From: an uncultured Gemmatimonadales bacterium
GTDB taxonomy: Bacteria; Gemmatimonadota; Gemmatimonadetes; Longimicrobiales; Longimicrobiaceae
Length of the DNA stretch: 64,000 nucleotides
Assembly (NCBI GenBank): GCA_963716255.1
Contig: OY970303.1
Span: 6,976,001 to 7,040,000 of the forward strand
Direction: 5' to 3'
The first letter of the stretch is position 1; each line of letters starts with the position of its first letter. The notes under the pieces were generated by a model. It saw nothing but the letters and a program-made list of their open reading frames with translations. It did no database searches and was not told where the DNA came from. This document shows positions 1-12,000 of this stretch, piece by piece. Made by a program: the position numbers and the translations under genes.

Positions 1-1
1 C

Positions 2-3000
2 ACGGAGCCGTCCGCGGCGGAGCTGCGGGGCGCGCTGCAGGAGCGGCTGCCCGAGTACATGGTGCCGGCCGCGATCGTGGTGCTGGAAAGCATCCCCCTC
101 AACGCCAACGGCAAGGTGGACCGGCGGGCGCTGCCCGCGCCGGAGTGGAGCGGCGACGCCGGCTCGTACGTCGCGCCGCGCACGCCCGCCGAGGAGGTGC
201 TGGCCGCCGTGTGGGCGGAGGTGCTGCGGCTGGAGCGCGTCGGCGTCCACGACGACTTCTTCGAGCGGGGCGGCGACTCCATCCTGAGCATCCAGGTGGT
301 GGCGCGGGCGCGGCAGCGCGGGCTCAAGCTGACGCCGCGGCAGCTCTTCGAGCGTCCCACCGCGGCGCGCCTCGCCGAGGTCGCGGAGTGGGTCGATGCC
401 GGGGCCGCCGGAGAGGCGCAGGGCCCCGTCACGGGCGAAGCCCCGCCGACGCCCGTCCAGCGGCAGTTCTTCGCGCAGGAAAACCCGGCACCCCACCACT
501 TCAACCAGGCGCTGCTGCTCGTCCCGCGCGAGGCGCTGGATCCCGTGCTGCTCGACCGGGCGGTGGCCGCGCTGGAGGCGCACCACGACGCGCTGCGGCT
601 GCGCTTCCGCCGGGACGACTCGGGCGCCTGGACCCAGACGCACGCCGGCGTCGGGGAGCGCTCCCCCGTGGCGGTCCTCCGTGTGCCGGACGGGGCCGCG
701 CTGGAGGCCGCCGCCGGGCAGGTGCAGCGCAGCCTGGACCCGGCGCGCGGTCCGCTGCTGCGCGTCGTGCTCTTCGACCTGGGCGGGGGCGGGCAGCGGC
801 TTCTGGTGGTCGTCCACCACCTGGCGGCCGACGGAGTCTCGTGGCGCATCCTGCTGGAGGACCTGGCAACCGCCTGCACGCAGCTCGCGCGGGGCGAGGC
901 GGTGCGCCTGCCGGCGAAGACCACCGCCTGGAAGCGCTGGGCCGGGCACCTCGCCGGGCGGGCCCGCTCCGGGGCCCTCGCCGGGGAGGCGGGCTACTGG
1001 CTCGCGCAGGCGCGGCTGGACGTCGCGCCGCTGCCGCTCGACGACGCCGCGGGGGAGAACACCGCCGCCCGGGAAAGCAGCGTGTCCGTCCGCCTGGACG
1101 AGGCGGAAACGGAGGCGCTGGTGCGCGAGGTGCCGCGCGCGTACCGGACGCGGATCGACGACGTGCTGCTCACCGCCCTGGCGCGCACGCTCGCCCGCTG
1201 GACGGGGAGCCCGCGGGCGCGGGTGGAGCTGGAGGGACACGGCCGCGAGGAGGAGGCGGCCGGCGACGTGGACCTGTCGCGCACGGTGGGCTGGTTCACC
1301 GCCGTGTACCCGGTCGTGCTGGAGCTGCCCGGGAGCGGCGGACCGGGCGAAGCGCTGAAGGCGGTCAAGGAGCAGCTGAGGCGCGTCCCGGGGAAGGGGC
1401 TGGGCCACGGGCTGCTGCGCTGGCTGAGCGGGACGGAGGCCGGGGCGGAGCTGGCCGCGGCGCCGGGGGCGGAGGTCGCCTTCAACTACCTGGGGCAGGT
1501 CGACGCGGCGGTCTCCGCGGACACCTTCTTCGGCTTCGCCCCCGAATCGGCCGGGGCGCCACGCGACGAGCGCACCCCGCGCGCGCACCGGCTCGAGATC
1601 GTCGGCGCGATTGCCGGCGGGCGGCTGGAGATGTCCATCGGCTACAGCGCGGCCGTGCACCACGGGGCGACGATGGAGCGGGTGGCCGCCTGGTACGCCG
1701 GGGAGCTGCGGGGATTGATCGCGCACTGCACCTCCCCCGGGGCGGGCGGCTGGACCCCGAGCGACTTCCCGCTGGCGGGACTCGCGCAGGCCCAGGTCGA
1801 CGCGCTCCTGGGGCGGGACCGCGGCGTGGAGGACGTGTACCCGCTGACGCCCATGCAGGAGGGGATGCTCTTCCAGACCCTCCACGCCCCGCGGTCCGGC
1901 GCCTACGTGGGGCAGTTCCGCTACGTCCTGGAAGGCGAGCTGGACGCGGAAGCGCTGCGGCGGGCGTGGGAGGGCGGGATCGCCCGGCACGCGGCGCTGC
2001 GGGCGGGCTTCGCCTGGGAAGGGGTGGAGCGGCCGCTGCAGGTCGTCCGGCGCGAGGTGGAGCTGGAGATGCGGCGCCGCGACTGGCGCGAGCTGGACCG
2101 AGCCGAGCAGGCAGCGTGCCTGGAACGATTCCTCGACGAGGACCGGCGCGAGGGCTTCGACCCGGCGAGGGCGCCGCTGATGCGGCTGGCCCTGTTCCGC
2201 ACGGCGGACCGGGAGCACGAGCTGGTGTGGACGCACCACCACCTGGTCCTGGACGGGTGGAGCCTGGGCGTGCTCTTCCGCGACGTGCTGGGATTGTACG
2301 CCGCGTTTGCGCGGGGGGAAAAGGTGCGGCCGCGGGAGGCGCGGCCGTACCGGGAGTACGTGGCCTGGCTGGAGCGGCAGGACCTCGCCCGGGCGGAGGG
2401 CTTCTGGAGGGCCACGCTGGCGGGATTCGCCGCGCCCACCCCATTCCCCGTCCGCCCGGGGGGCGTGGACGGAGCGGAGCCGGGCTCCGGCGCGGTGTGG
2501 GTGGAGATGGGGGAGGAGCGGACGCGGGCGCTGCAGGAGCAGGCGCGCCGCTGGGGCGTGACGCCGGGCACCGTGGTGCAGGGCGCCTGGGCGCTGCTCC
2601 TCGCGCGCGGGTCCGGAGAGGACGACGTCGTCTTCGGCGCCACCGTCTCGGGGCGGCCGCCGGAGCTCGCCGGGGTGGAGGAGATGGTCGGCCTGTTCAT
2701 CAACACCCTCCCCGTGCGGGTGCGCCTCCACGGCGCGGCCACGACGGGCGAGTGGCTGGGCGCGCTGCAGGCGGAGCAGGCGCGGGCGCGGGAGTTCGAG
2801 TACGCCCCGCTGGCGCGGGTGCAGCGGTGGAGCGACGTCCCCTCGGGCGAGGCGCTGTTCGAGAGCCTGGTCGCCTTCGAGAACTACCCCGTCGACGAGC
2901 GGCTGGGGGAGGGGATCGGCGGGCTGCGGGTGCGGAGCGGCCAGGCGATCGAGCACTTCGACCACCCGCTGGTGCTCACGGCCACCGTCGACGCCCGGCT

Positions 3001-6000
3001 GCGGGCCGAGCTGCGGTACGACCGTGCCCGCGTGGAGGCGGACACGGCGGAGCGGATGGCGGGGCAGCTGGAGACCCTGCTGGAGTCGATGGCCGCGCAT
3101 CCCGGCCGCCGCCTCGACGACATCTCCCTGCTTCGCCCCGCCGAGCGCGCCCGGCTCCTCCACGACGCCCGGGGCGAGCACCGCCCGTTCCCGGAAGACG
3201 TCCTCGTCCACCACCTCGTCGCCCGGCGCGCCGCCGCCTGGCCCGACGCTCCCGCCGTCGCCTGCGGCGGGCACACCCTCTCCTACGCCGAGCTGCACCG
3301 GCGGGCCGCCGCGCTCGCCGCCCGCCTGCGCGCCCGCGGCGTCGCGCCCGAGCAGCCGGTGGCGCTCTTCCTCGACCGCTCGCCCGAGCTGGCCGTGGCC
3401 GTGCTGGCCACGCTCCAGGCCGGGGGAGCGTTCCTCCCCCTGGACGCCGGGCATCCGCGCGAGCGCCTGGAATACCTCCTGGCCGACAGCGGGGCGGATC
3501 TGGTGCTCACCCGCGCCTCCCTGGCCGGGCGGCTCCCCGGCGGCGGCGCCGCGGTGCTGTGCGTGGACGCGCCGGAGGAACCCGGCGCGCCGGCCGGGCC
3601 TGCCGGGCCCGCGGTGGAGACGGGGAGCGACGGCCTGGCGTACCTGTGCTACACCTCGGGCTCCACCGGGCGGCCCAAGGCGGCCATGGTCAGCCACCGC
3701 TCGCTGGTGTGCTACGCCGAGGCCATGCGGGCGGAGCTGGGGCTGGGCGCCGGCGACCGGTTCCTCCAGTTCGCCTCGCCGGCCTTCGACGTCTTCATCG
3801 AGGAGATCTTCCCCGCCTGGCTCGGCGGCGCCTGCGTGGTCATGGCCGGGGGCGACCTGCTCGGCTCCCCGGCGGAGCTGAACCGGGTGCTGCAGGCGGA
3901 GCGGGTCACGCTGGTGGAGCTGCCCACGGCCTTCTGGCACGAGTGGGTGCGGCAGCTGGCGGAGGAGGGCGCGCGGCCGCCCGGGTGCCTGCGCCTGGTG
4001 CTGATGGGGGGCGAGCGGGTGCTTCCGGAGCGCCTGGCCCGGTGGGCGGGGATGGGCGTGCCGCTGCTGCACGTCTTCGGGCTCACCGAGACCACGGTGA
4101 CCACCACCACGCTCCGGCTGGAGGCGGGCGACGCCGGGGCGCGGTGGGCCAATCTCCCGGTGGGGACGCCGCTTGCCAACGCGGCGGCGTACGTGCTGGG
4201 CGCCGGGGGCGCGGCGGGGGAGCCGGCGCCGACCGGCGTCCCGGGCGAGCTGTACGTCGGGGGGGCGGCGGTGGCGCGGGGGTACCGGGGGCGCCCGGAG
4301 CTTACGGCGGAGCGCTACGTGCCGGACGCGCTCGGCGGCGAGCCGGGGGCGCGGCTGTACCGGACCGGGGACCGGGCCCGCCGCCTGGCCGACGGGACGA
4401 TCGAGTTCCTGGGGCGGACCGACCAGCAGGTGAAGATCCGGGGATTCCGCATCGAGCCGGCGGAGGTGGAGGCCGTGCTGGCGGAGCACGGGGCGGTGCG
4501 GGAGGCCGTGGTGCTGGTGCGCGAGGATGCCGTCTCCGGCGTGCCCGGCGACCGCCGGCTGGTGGGGTACGTGGTGGCGGAGCAGGGGGCGGCGCTCTCG
4601 CTCGCCGACCTGCGGGAGCACGCGGGGAGGTCGCTCCCCGCGTACATGGTGCCGGGCGCCTTCGTGGTGCTGGATGCGCTTCCGCTCACCTCCAACGGCA
4701 AGATCGACCGGCGCGCGCTGCCGGCGCCGGAGTGGAGCGCGGCGGCCGGAGCGTACGCCGCGCCCCGCACGGCCACCGAGGAGATCCTGTGCGGCATCTG
4801 GGAGGAGGTCCTGGAGGTCGAGCGCGCGGGCGTGCGGGACGGCTTCTTCGACCTGGGCGGGCACTCCCTCCTGGCGATGCGCGCCGTCTCCCGGGTGCGG
4901 CAGGCCCTGGGCGTGGAGGTGTCGCTGCGGGACCTCTTCGAGGCGCCCACGGTCGCGGAGCTGGCCGGGCGGATCGAGGCCGTCCCGGGAGCGCGCGCCG
5001 CCGGGGCCGCGCATCCGATCGGGCGCTCGGCGCGTGGCGGGGCGCTGCCGCTGTCGTTCGCGCAGCAGCGGCTCTGGCTGGTGGACCGTCTGGAGCCGGG
5101 AAGCCCCGCCTACAACATGCCGTTCGCGCTGCGGCTGCGCGGCGGGCTGGACGCCGGGGCGCTCCAGCGCAGCCTGGACGCGCTGGTGCGCAGGCACGAG
5201 ACCCTGCGCACCGTCTTCGCCGAGGCGGACGGCGAGCCCGTCCAGGTGATCCGCGACACCGCCCCGGTCCGGATCGAGCTGCGGGACCTGCGCGCACTGC
5301 CGGCCGCGGAGCGCGAGGGCGAGGCCCGGCGGCAGGCCGGCGAGGAGGCGCTGCGGCCGTTCGACCTGGCGCGGGGCCCGCTGCTGCGCGCGGCGCTGCT
5401 GCGCCTGGACGACGGCGACCACGTCCTGTGCTTCACGCTTCACCACATCGTCGGCGACGGCTGGAGCACGGACGTGCTCGTGCGCGAGGTCGCCGCCCTG
5501 TACGCCGCCTTCAGCCGCGGCGAGGAGCCGCACCTGCCGGAGCTGCCGGTGCAGTACGCCGACTACGCCGTCTGGCAGCGGGACCGGCTGTGCGGCGAGG
5601 CGCTGGAGGAGCAGGTCGGATACTGGAAGGAAAAGCTGGAGGGCGCCCCCCCGCTGCTGGGGATCCCCACGGACCACCCCCGCTCCGCCCGGGGGAGCCC
5701 GCGGGCGGGGACGCACGGCTTCGTCCTCCCGGCCGCGGTGTCCCGCGAGCTGCGTGCGCTCTCGCGCCGGGAAGGCGCGACGCTGTTCATGACGATCCTG
5801 GCCGCCTGGCAGGCACTGCTGGGGCGCTACGCGGGTCAGGAGGACGTGGTGGTGGGCACCCCCATCGCGGGGCGCACCCGGCGGGAGACGGAGGGGCTGA
5901 TCGGCTTCTTCGTCAACATGCTCCCGCTTCGCACCGACCTGTCGGGCGATCCCACCTGGAGCGCGCTGCTGGGGCGGGTGCGGGAAACGGCGCTGGGGGC

Positions 6001-9000
6001 GTACGAGCACCAGGAGCTCCCCTTCGAGCGCCTGGTCGAGGAGCTGTCGACGGAGCGCAGCCTCACCCACGCGCCGGTGTTCCAGGTGGTGTTCGGGCTG
6101 GACCGCGCGGGGGCGCGGGACGAGCGGCCGCGGCTGGGGGACGTCGAGCCGGAGCCGTTCGGCGAGGGCGCGGTCGTCGCCAAGTTCGACCTGGACCTGG
6201 CGGTCGGGGACGACGGGGCCGAGCTGGGCGGGGCGCTGGTCTACCGCGAGGCGCTCTTCGAGGCGGCCACCATCGCGCGGATGGCCGGCCAGCTGGAGAT
6301 CCTGCTGGCGAGCATGGCGGCCGATCCGGGCCGGCGGTCCGCGGAAGTCTCGCTCCTCTCGGCAGCCGAGCGCGTGCAGGTGCTGGAAAGCTGGAACCCC
6401 GCCGACGTGGAGCTCTCGACGGCGGGCCTGTACGAGCGGTTCGCCGAGCAGGCGGCGCGCACCCCGGACGCGGTCGCGGTCGCCGGCCGCGGCGAGGCGC
6501 TGACGTATGCCGCCCTGCTGCGGCGCGCCGGGCGGCTCGCGCGCGTGCTGCGCCGGGAGGGGGCGGGCCCGGAGCGCGTCGTCGGCATCTTCATGGAGCA
6601 CTCCGCCGACGCGGTGGCCGCGCTGCTGGGGACGCTCGGGGCGGGAGGGTGCTGTCTCCTCCTGGACCCGGAGCACCCCCCGGTCCGCATCCTGTCGCTC
6701 CTGGAAGACGCCGGGGTGGGGCTGGTGGTGACGCAGCCGCACCTGCGCGGACGGCTCCCCTCGGGGAGGGACGGCCTTCGGGTCGTGGAAATGGACGACG
6801 GGTTCGCGGGCGACGGGGACGAACCGGCCCTCCCTGCCGTCGCGCCGGGGAGCGCCGCGTACCTGGTCTACACCTCCGGCTCCACCGGGCGGCCCAAGGG
6901 GGTGGTGGTGCCGCACGGCGCCGCGGCCGCGCACTTCCGGGAGGTCGCGCGCACGTACGGGCTGTCGCCCGCGGACCGGGTGCTGGTCTTCGCGGCCCAG
7001 AGCTTCGATCCCTTCTTCGAGCAGGTGCTGGCGCCGCTGCTGGCGGGCGCGTCCGTGGCGCCGCGGGACCCGGCGGTGTGGACGCCGGCCGAATTCGCGG
7101 AGCGGGTGGGGGCGCTGGGGGTCACGGTGGCCAACGTGCCGCCGGCCTACTGGGGGCAGCTGGTGCGCGAGCCCGCCGCCGTCGCCGCGCTGAAGCAGGC
7201 GCTGCGGCTGGTGATCGTGGGCGGAGACGCGCTCGCCCCGGCGACCGTGCGGGCGTGGGAGGAGGAGGGGACAGGCGCGGCGCGGCTGCTCAACGCCTAC
7301 GGCCCCACGGAGGCGGTGGTCACGGCGACGGTCCACGACGCCACGGGCGGAGGCGCGGGCGGGTGGACGGGGAGCGTGCCGATCGGGCGCGCGGTGGGGG
7401 GGCGGCGGACGTACGTGCTGGACGGGCGGGGCGAGCCGGAGCCCGCGGGCGTGGCGGGCGAGCTGTACATCGGGGGGACGGTGCTGGCGCGGGGCTACCT
7501 GGGGCGGCCGGAGCAGACGGCGGAGCGGTTCGTCCCCGACCCGTACTCGGGCGAGGCGGGCGCGCGGATGTACCGGACGGGGGACCGGGCGCGGTGGCTG
7601 GGCACGGGGGAGCTGGAGTTCCTGGGACGGTTGGACGCCCAGGTCAAGCTGCGCGGCATCCGGGTGGAGCCGGGGGAGATCGAGGCGGCGCTGCTGGAGC
7701 ACCCGGCGGTGGGCGAGGCGGCGGTGGCGGCGCGGGAGGATGCCGCCCCCGGCGCGGCGGGCGAGCGGCGGCTGGTGGCGTACGTGGTGGGGCGGGGGGC
7801 GGAGGAGCCCACGGCGGCGGAGCTGCGCGCGCACCTGCAGGAGCGGCTGCCGCGGGCCCTGGTGCCGGCCGCCTTCGTGGTCCTGGAGCGGCTGCCGCTC
7901 ACGCCCGGCGGCAAGGTGGACCGGCGGGCGCTCCCCGCGCCGGAAGGGGGCGGCGGGACGGCGCACGAGTACGCCGCGCCGCGCACGGTGGCGGAGGAGC
8001 TGCTGAGCGGGATCTGGGCGGCCGTGCTGCGCCTGGAGCGGGTGGGGACGCGGGACAGCTTCTTCGAGCTGGGGGGACACTCGCTGCTGGCCGCGCAGGT
8101 GGTCTCGCGGGTGCGGCAGGCGTTCGGGGTGGAGCTGCCCCTGCGCGCGCTCTTCGAGGCGCCCACCGTGGCCGCCCTGGCCGCGCGCATCGAAGCGCTG
8201 CGGGCCGGGGGCGCCGCCGCGGCTCCCCGCCTGGAGCGCGCCCCTCGCGAGGGCTCCGGGGGGCTGCCGCCGTCGTTCGCGCAGCAGCGGCTCTGGCTGG
8301 TGGACCGCCTGGACCCGGAGAGCCCCGCCTACAACATGCCGTACGCGCTGCGGCTGCGCGGACCGCTCGACCCGGCGGCGCTGCGGGCCAGCCTGGACGC
8401 GCTGGCGGGGCGCCACGAATCGCTGCGCACCACGTTCGCCGAGCGCGACGGCGCGCCCGTGCAGGTCGTCCACCCGGCCGCGCCGGTCCCGCTGCCGGTC
8501 GTCGACCTGCGCGGCGTCCCGGCGGCGGCGCGGGAGCCGCAGGCGGAGCGGCTGGCCGCCGGGGAGGCGCGGCGTCCCTTCGACCTGGCGCGCGGGCCGC
8601 TGCTGCGCGCCACCCTGCTGCGCCTGGACGAGACCGACCACGTGCTGTGCTTCACCCTGCACCACGTCGTCGGCGACGGGTGGAGCATGCAGGTGCTGGT
8701 GCGCGAGGTGTCCGCGCTGTACGCCGCCCTTGCCCGCGGCGAGGAGCCGCGGCTTCCCGAGCTGCCGGTGCAGTACGCCGACTACGCCGCCTGGCAGCGG
8801 AGCTGGCTGAGCGGCGAGGTGCTGGAGGAGCAGCTCCGCTTCTGGAAGGACGCGCTGGCCGGCGCCCCCCCGCTGCTGCGGGTTCCCACGGACCGTCCGC
8901 GCTCCGCGGCGCCGGGCGGGAGGGCGGGGACCCACCGCTTCGTCCTGTCTCCCGGGACTTCGCTGGGGCTGCGGGAGCTCGCGCGGCAGGCGGGGACGAC

Positions 9001-12000
9001 GCCGTTCATGACGCTTCTGGCCGCCTGGCAGGGCCTCCTGGGGCGCTACGCGGGGCAGGACGACGTGGTGGTGGGAAGCCCCGTCGCGGGGCGGAGCCAC
9101 CGGGAAACGGAGGGGCTGATCGGCTTCTTCGTCAACCTGCTCGCGCTGCGGGGCGACCTGTCCGGGGACCCCGCCTGGACGGAGCTGCTGGCGCGGACGC
9201 GGGAAACGGTGCTGGGCGCCCTGGACCACCAGGCGCTCCCCTTCGAGCGCCTGGTGGACGAGCTGGGCGTGGAGCGCAGCCTGACGCACACCCCCGTCTT
9301 CCAGGTGATCTTCGCGCTGGAGCGCGCGGGGGGCGGGGACGAGCGGCTGTCGCTGGGGGAGGCGCGGCCGGAGCCGTTCGGGAGCGACGGCGGCCTGGCC
9401 AAGTTCGACCTCAACCTCACCTTTTTGGACGACGCGGAGGCGCTGGCCGGCGTGCTCACCTTCCGCGCCGCCCTGTTCGACGCGGACACCGCCGCGCGCA
9501 TGGCCGGGCACCTGGAGGCCGTGCTGGATGCGATGGCGTCCGCCCCGGAGCGGCGCCTCTCGGAGGTGTCGCTGCTGCGCGGCCCCGAGCGCGCGCAGCT
9601 GCTGCACGCCTGGAACGGCGCCGACACCGGCTACGCAGGCGAGAGCTGCATCCACGAGCTCGTCCACGCCCAGGTCCTGCGCACCCCCGGCGCGCCCGCG
9701 CTGCGCTTCGAGGGACACAGCCTCGGCTACGCCGAGCTGTACGCGCGCGCCTGCCGGCTCGCCAACCGGCTGCGCCGCGAGGGCGTCGGCCCCGAAGCGC
9801 GGGTGGGCATCTGCATGGAGCCCGCGCCGGAGATGGTCGCCGCCGTGCTGGGCGTGCTCCTGGCCGGCGGCGCCTACCTGCCGCTCGACCCCGAGCTGCC
9901 GTCCGAGCGCCGCGCCTACGTCCTCGGCGACGCCGCGCCCGTGCTCCTGCTGACGCAGGCGGCGCTGGTGGAGCGGCTGCGGGGGTGCGGCGTCCCGCTG
10001 CTGGCGGTGGACGCGGAGGCCGGGCGCATCGCCCGGGAAAGCGACGAGGCGCCGGCCACCGGCGTGGATCCCGACAACCTGGCGTACGTCATCTACACCT
10101 CCGGCTCCACCGGCCGTCCCAAGGGCGTGCTGGTGGAGCACCGCGGCGTCGGCAACACCCTGCTGGAGCTGGGCAGGGTCTACGGCACGGGCCCCGGCGA
10201 GCGCAGCCTGGCCTACGCCCCGCTGCACTTCGACGCCTCGGTGGCCGACCTGTTCGTGGCGCTGTGCGGCGGAGCGGAGCTGGTGCTGGCGCGCCGCGAG
10301 GCCATGCTCCCGGGCGAGGAGCTGGCCCGGACGCTTCGCGAGGAGCGCATCACCCACCTCAAGACCATGCCCTCCGCGCTGGCGGCCACGCCGGTGGAGG
10401 CGCTGCCGGAGCTGCGCACCCTCGTCACCGGGGGCGAGACCCTTCCGGCCGAGCAGGTGCGGCGCTGGGGCGCGGGGCGCGCCTTCTTCAACGGCTACGG
10501 CGCCACGGAGGCGAGCATCCGCATGACCTCCAGCGTCTACTCGTGGGAGGGCGGCGACCCGCCGATCGGGCGCCCGGTGGCGAACACGCAGCTGTACGTG
10601 CTGGACGCGCGGCTGGAGCCGGTCCCGGTGGGGGTGGCGGGCGAGCTGTTCATCGGCGGCGTGGGGGTGGTGCGCGGCTACCTGGGGCGGCCCGACCTGA
10701 CCGCCGAGCGCTTCGTCCCCGATCCGCACCGGGGCGTGCCGGGCGCCCGCCTGTACCGGACGGGCGACGTGGGGCGGCGGCGCGCCGACGGCGAGGTGGA
10801 GTTCCTGGGGCGCGTGGACCACCAGGTCAAGGTGCGCGGCATCCGGGTGGAGCTGGGCGAGATCGAGGCCGTCCTGCGGAGGCACGCGCGGGTCGGCGAG
10901 GCCGTGGTGCTGCTCCGCGAGGACGTGCCCGGACGGCAGCGCCTGGTGGCGTACGTCACGGCGGAGGGAGGGGCGGACCCCGCGGCGGCGGAGCTGCGGG
11001 CGCACCTGTCGGAGGCGCTGCCGGAGTACATGGTGCCGGGCGCGTTCGTGGTGCTGAACGAGCTGCCGGTGACGGCCAACGGCAAGATCGACCGGCGGGC
11101 GCTGCCGGCCCCGCCGGGCCCGGCGGAAGCGGAGCACGTGGCGCCGCGGACGCCGGCGGAGGAGCTGCTGGCCGGGATCTGGGCGGAGGTGCTGGGGACC
11201 GGACGCGTGGGGGCGGAAACGAGCTTCTTCGAGCTGGGAGGCCACTCGCTGCTGGCGACGAGGGTGATGTCGCGCGTGCGGCAGGCCTTCGGCGTGGAGG
11301 TGCCGCTGCGGGCGCTCTTCGAGGCGCCCACCGTCGCGGGGCTGGCCCGGCGCATCGAGGCGCTGCGGCACGCCGGCGCGCCGGCCGCCCCGCCGATCGA
11401 ACGGCTCCGCGGTGCGCGCGGGGGGCCGCTCCCCCCGTCGTTCGCGCAGCAGCGGCTGTGGCTGGTGGACCGCCTGGAGCCGGGGAGCGCCGCCTACAAC
11501 ATGCCGTACGCGCTCCGCCTGCGCGGGCCGCTCGACCCGGCGGCGCTGCGGGCCGGCCTGGACGCGCTGGTGCGCCGACACGAGGTGCTGCGCACTGTCT
11601 TCGCCGAGCACGAGGGTGCACCGGTGCAGGTCGTCCACGATCCCGCGCCCGCGGCGCTGGCGGAGCCGGACCTGCGGCGCCTCCCCGGCGCGGAGCGGGA
11701 AGCGGAGGCCGCGCGGCTGGCCGCGGCCGAGGCGCTGCGCCCGTTCGACCTGGCGCGGGGGCCGCTGCTGCGCGGCGCGCTGCTGCGCCTCGCGGACGAC
11801 GACCACGTGCTCTGCCTCACGCTGCACCACGTCGTCAGCGACGGCTGGAGCCGCGGCGTGCTGGTGCGCGAGCTCGCCGCGCTCTACGCCGCCTGCAGCC
11901 GCGGAGAAGTCCCACATCTGCCGGAGCTGCCGGTGCAGTACGCGGACTACGCGGTGTGGCAGCGCGAATGGCTGAGCGACGAGGTGCTGGAGGAGCAGGT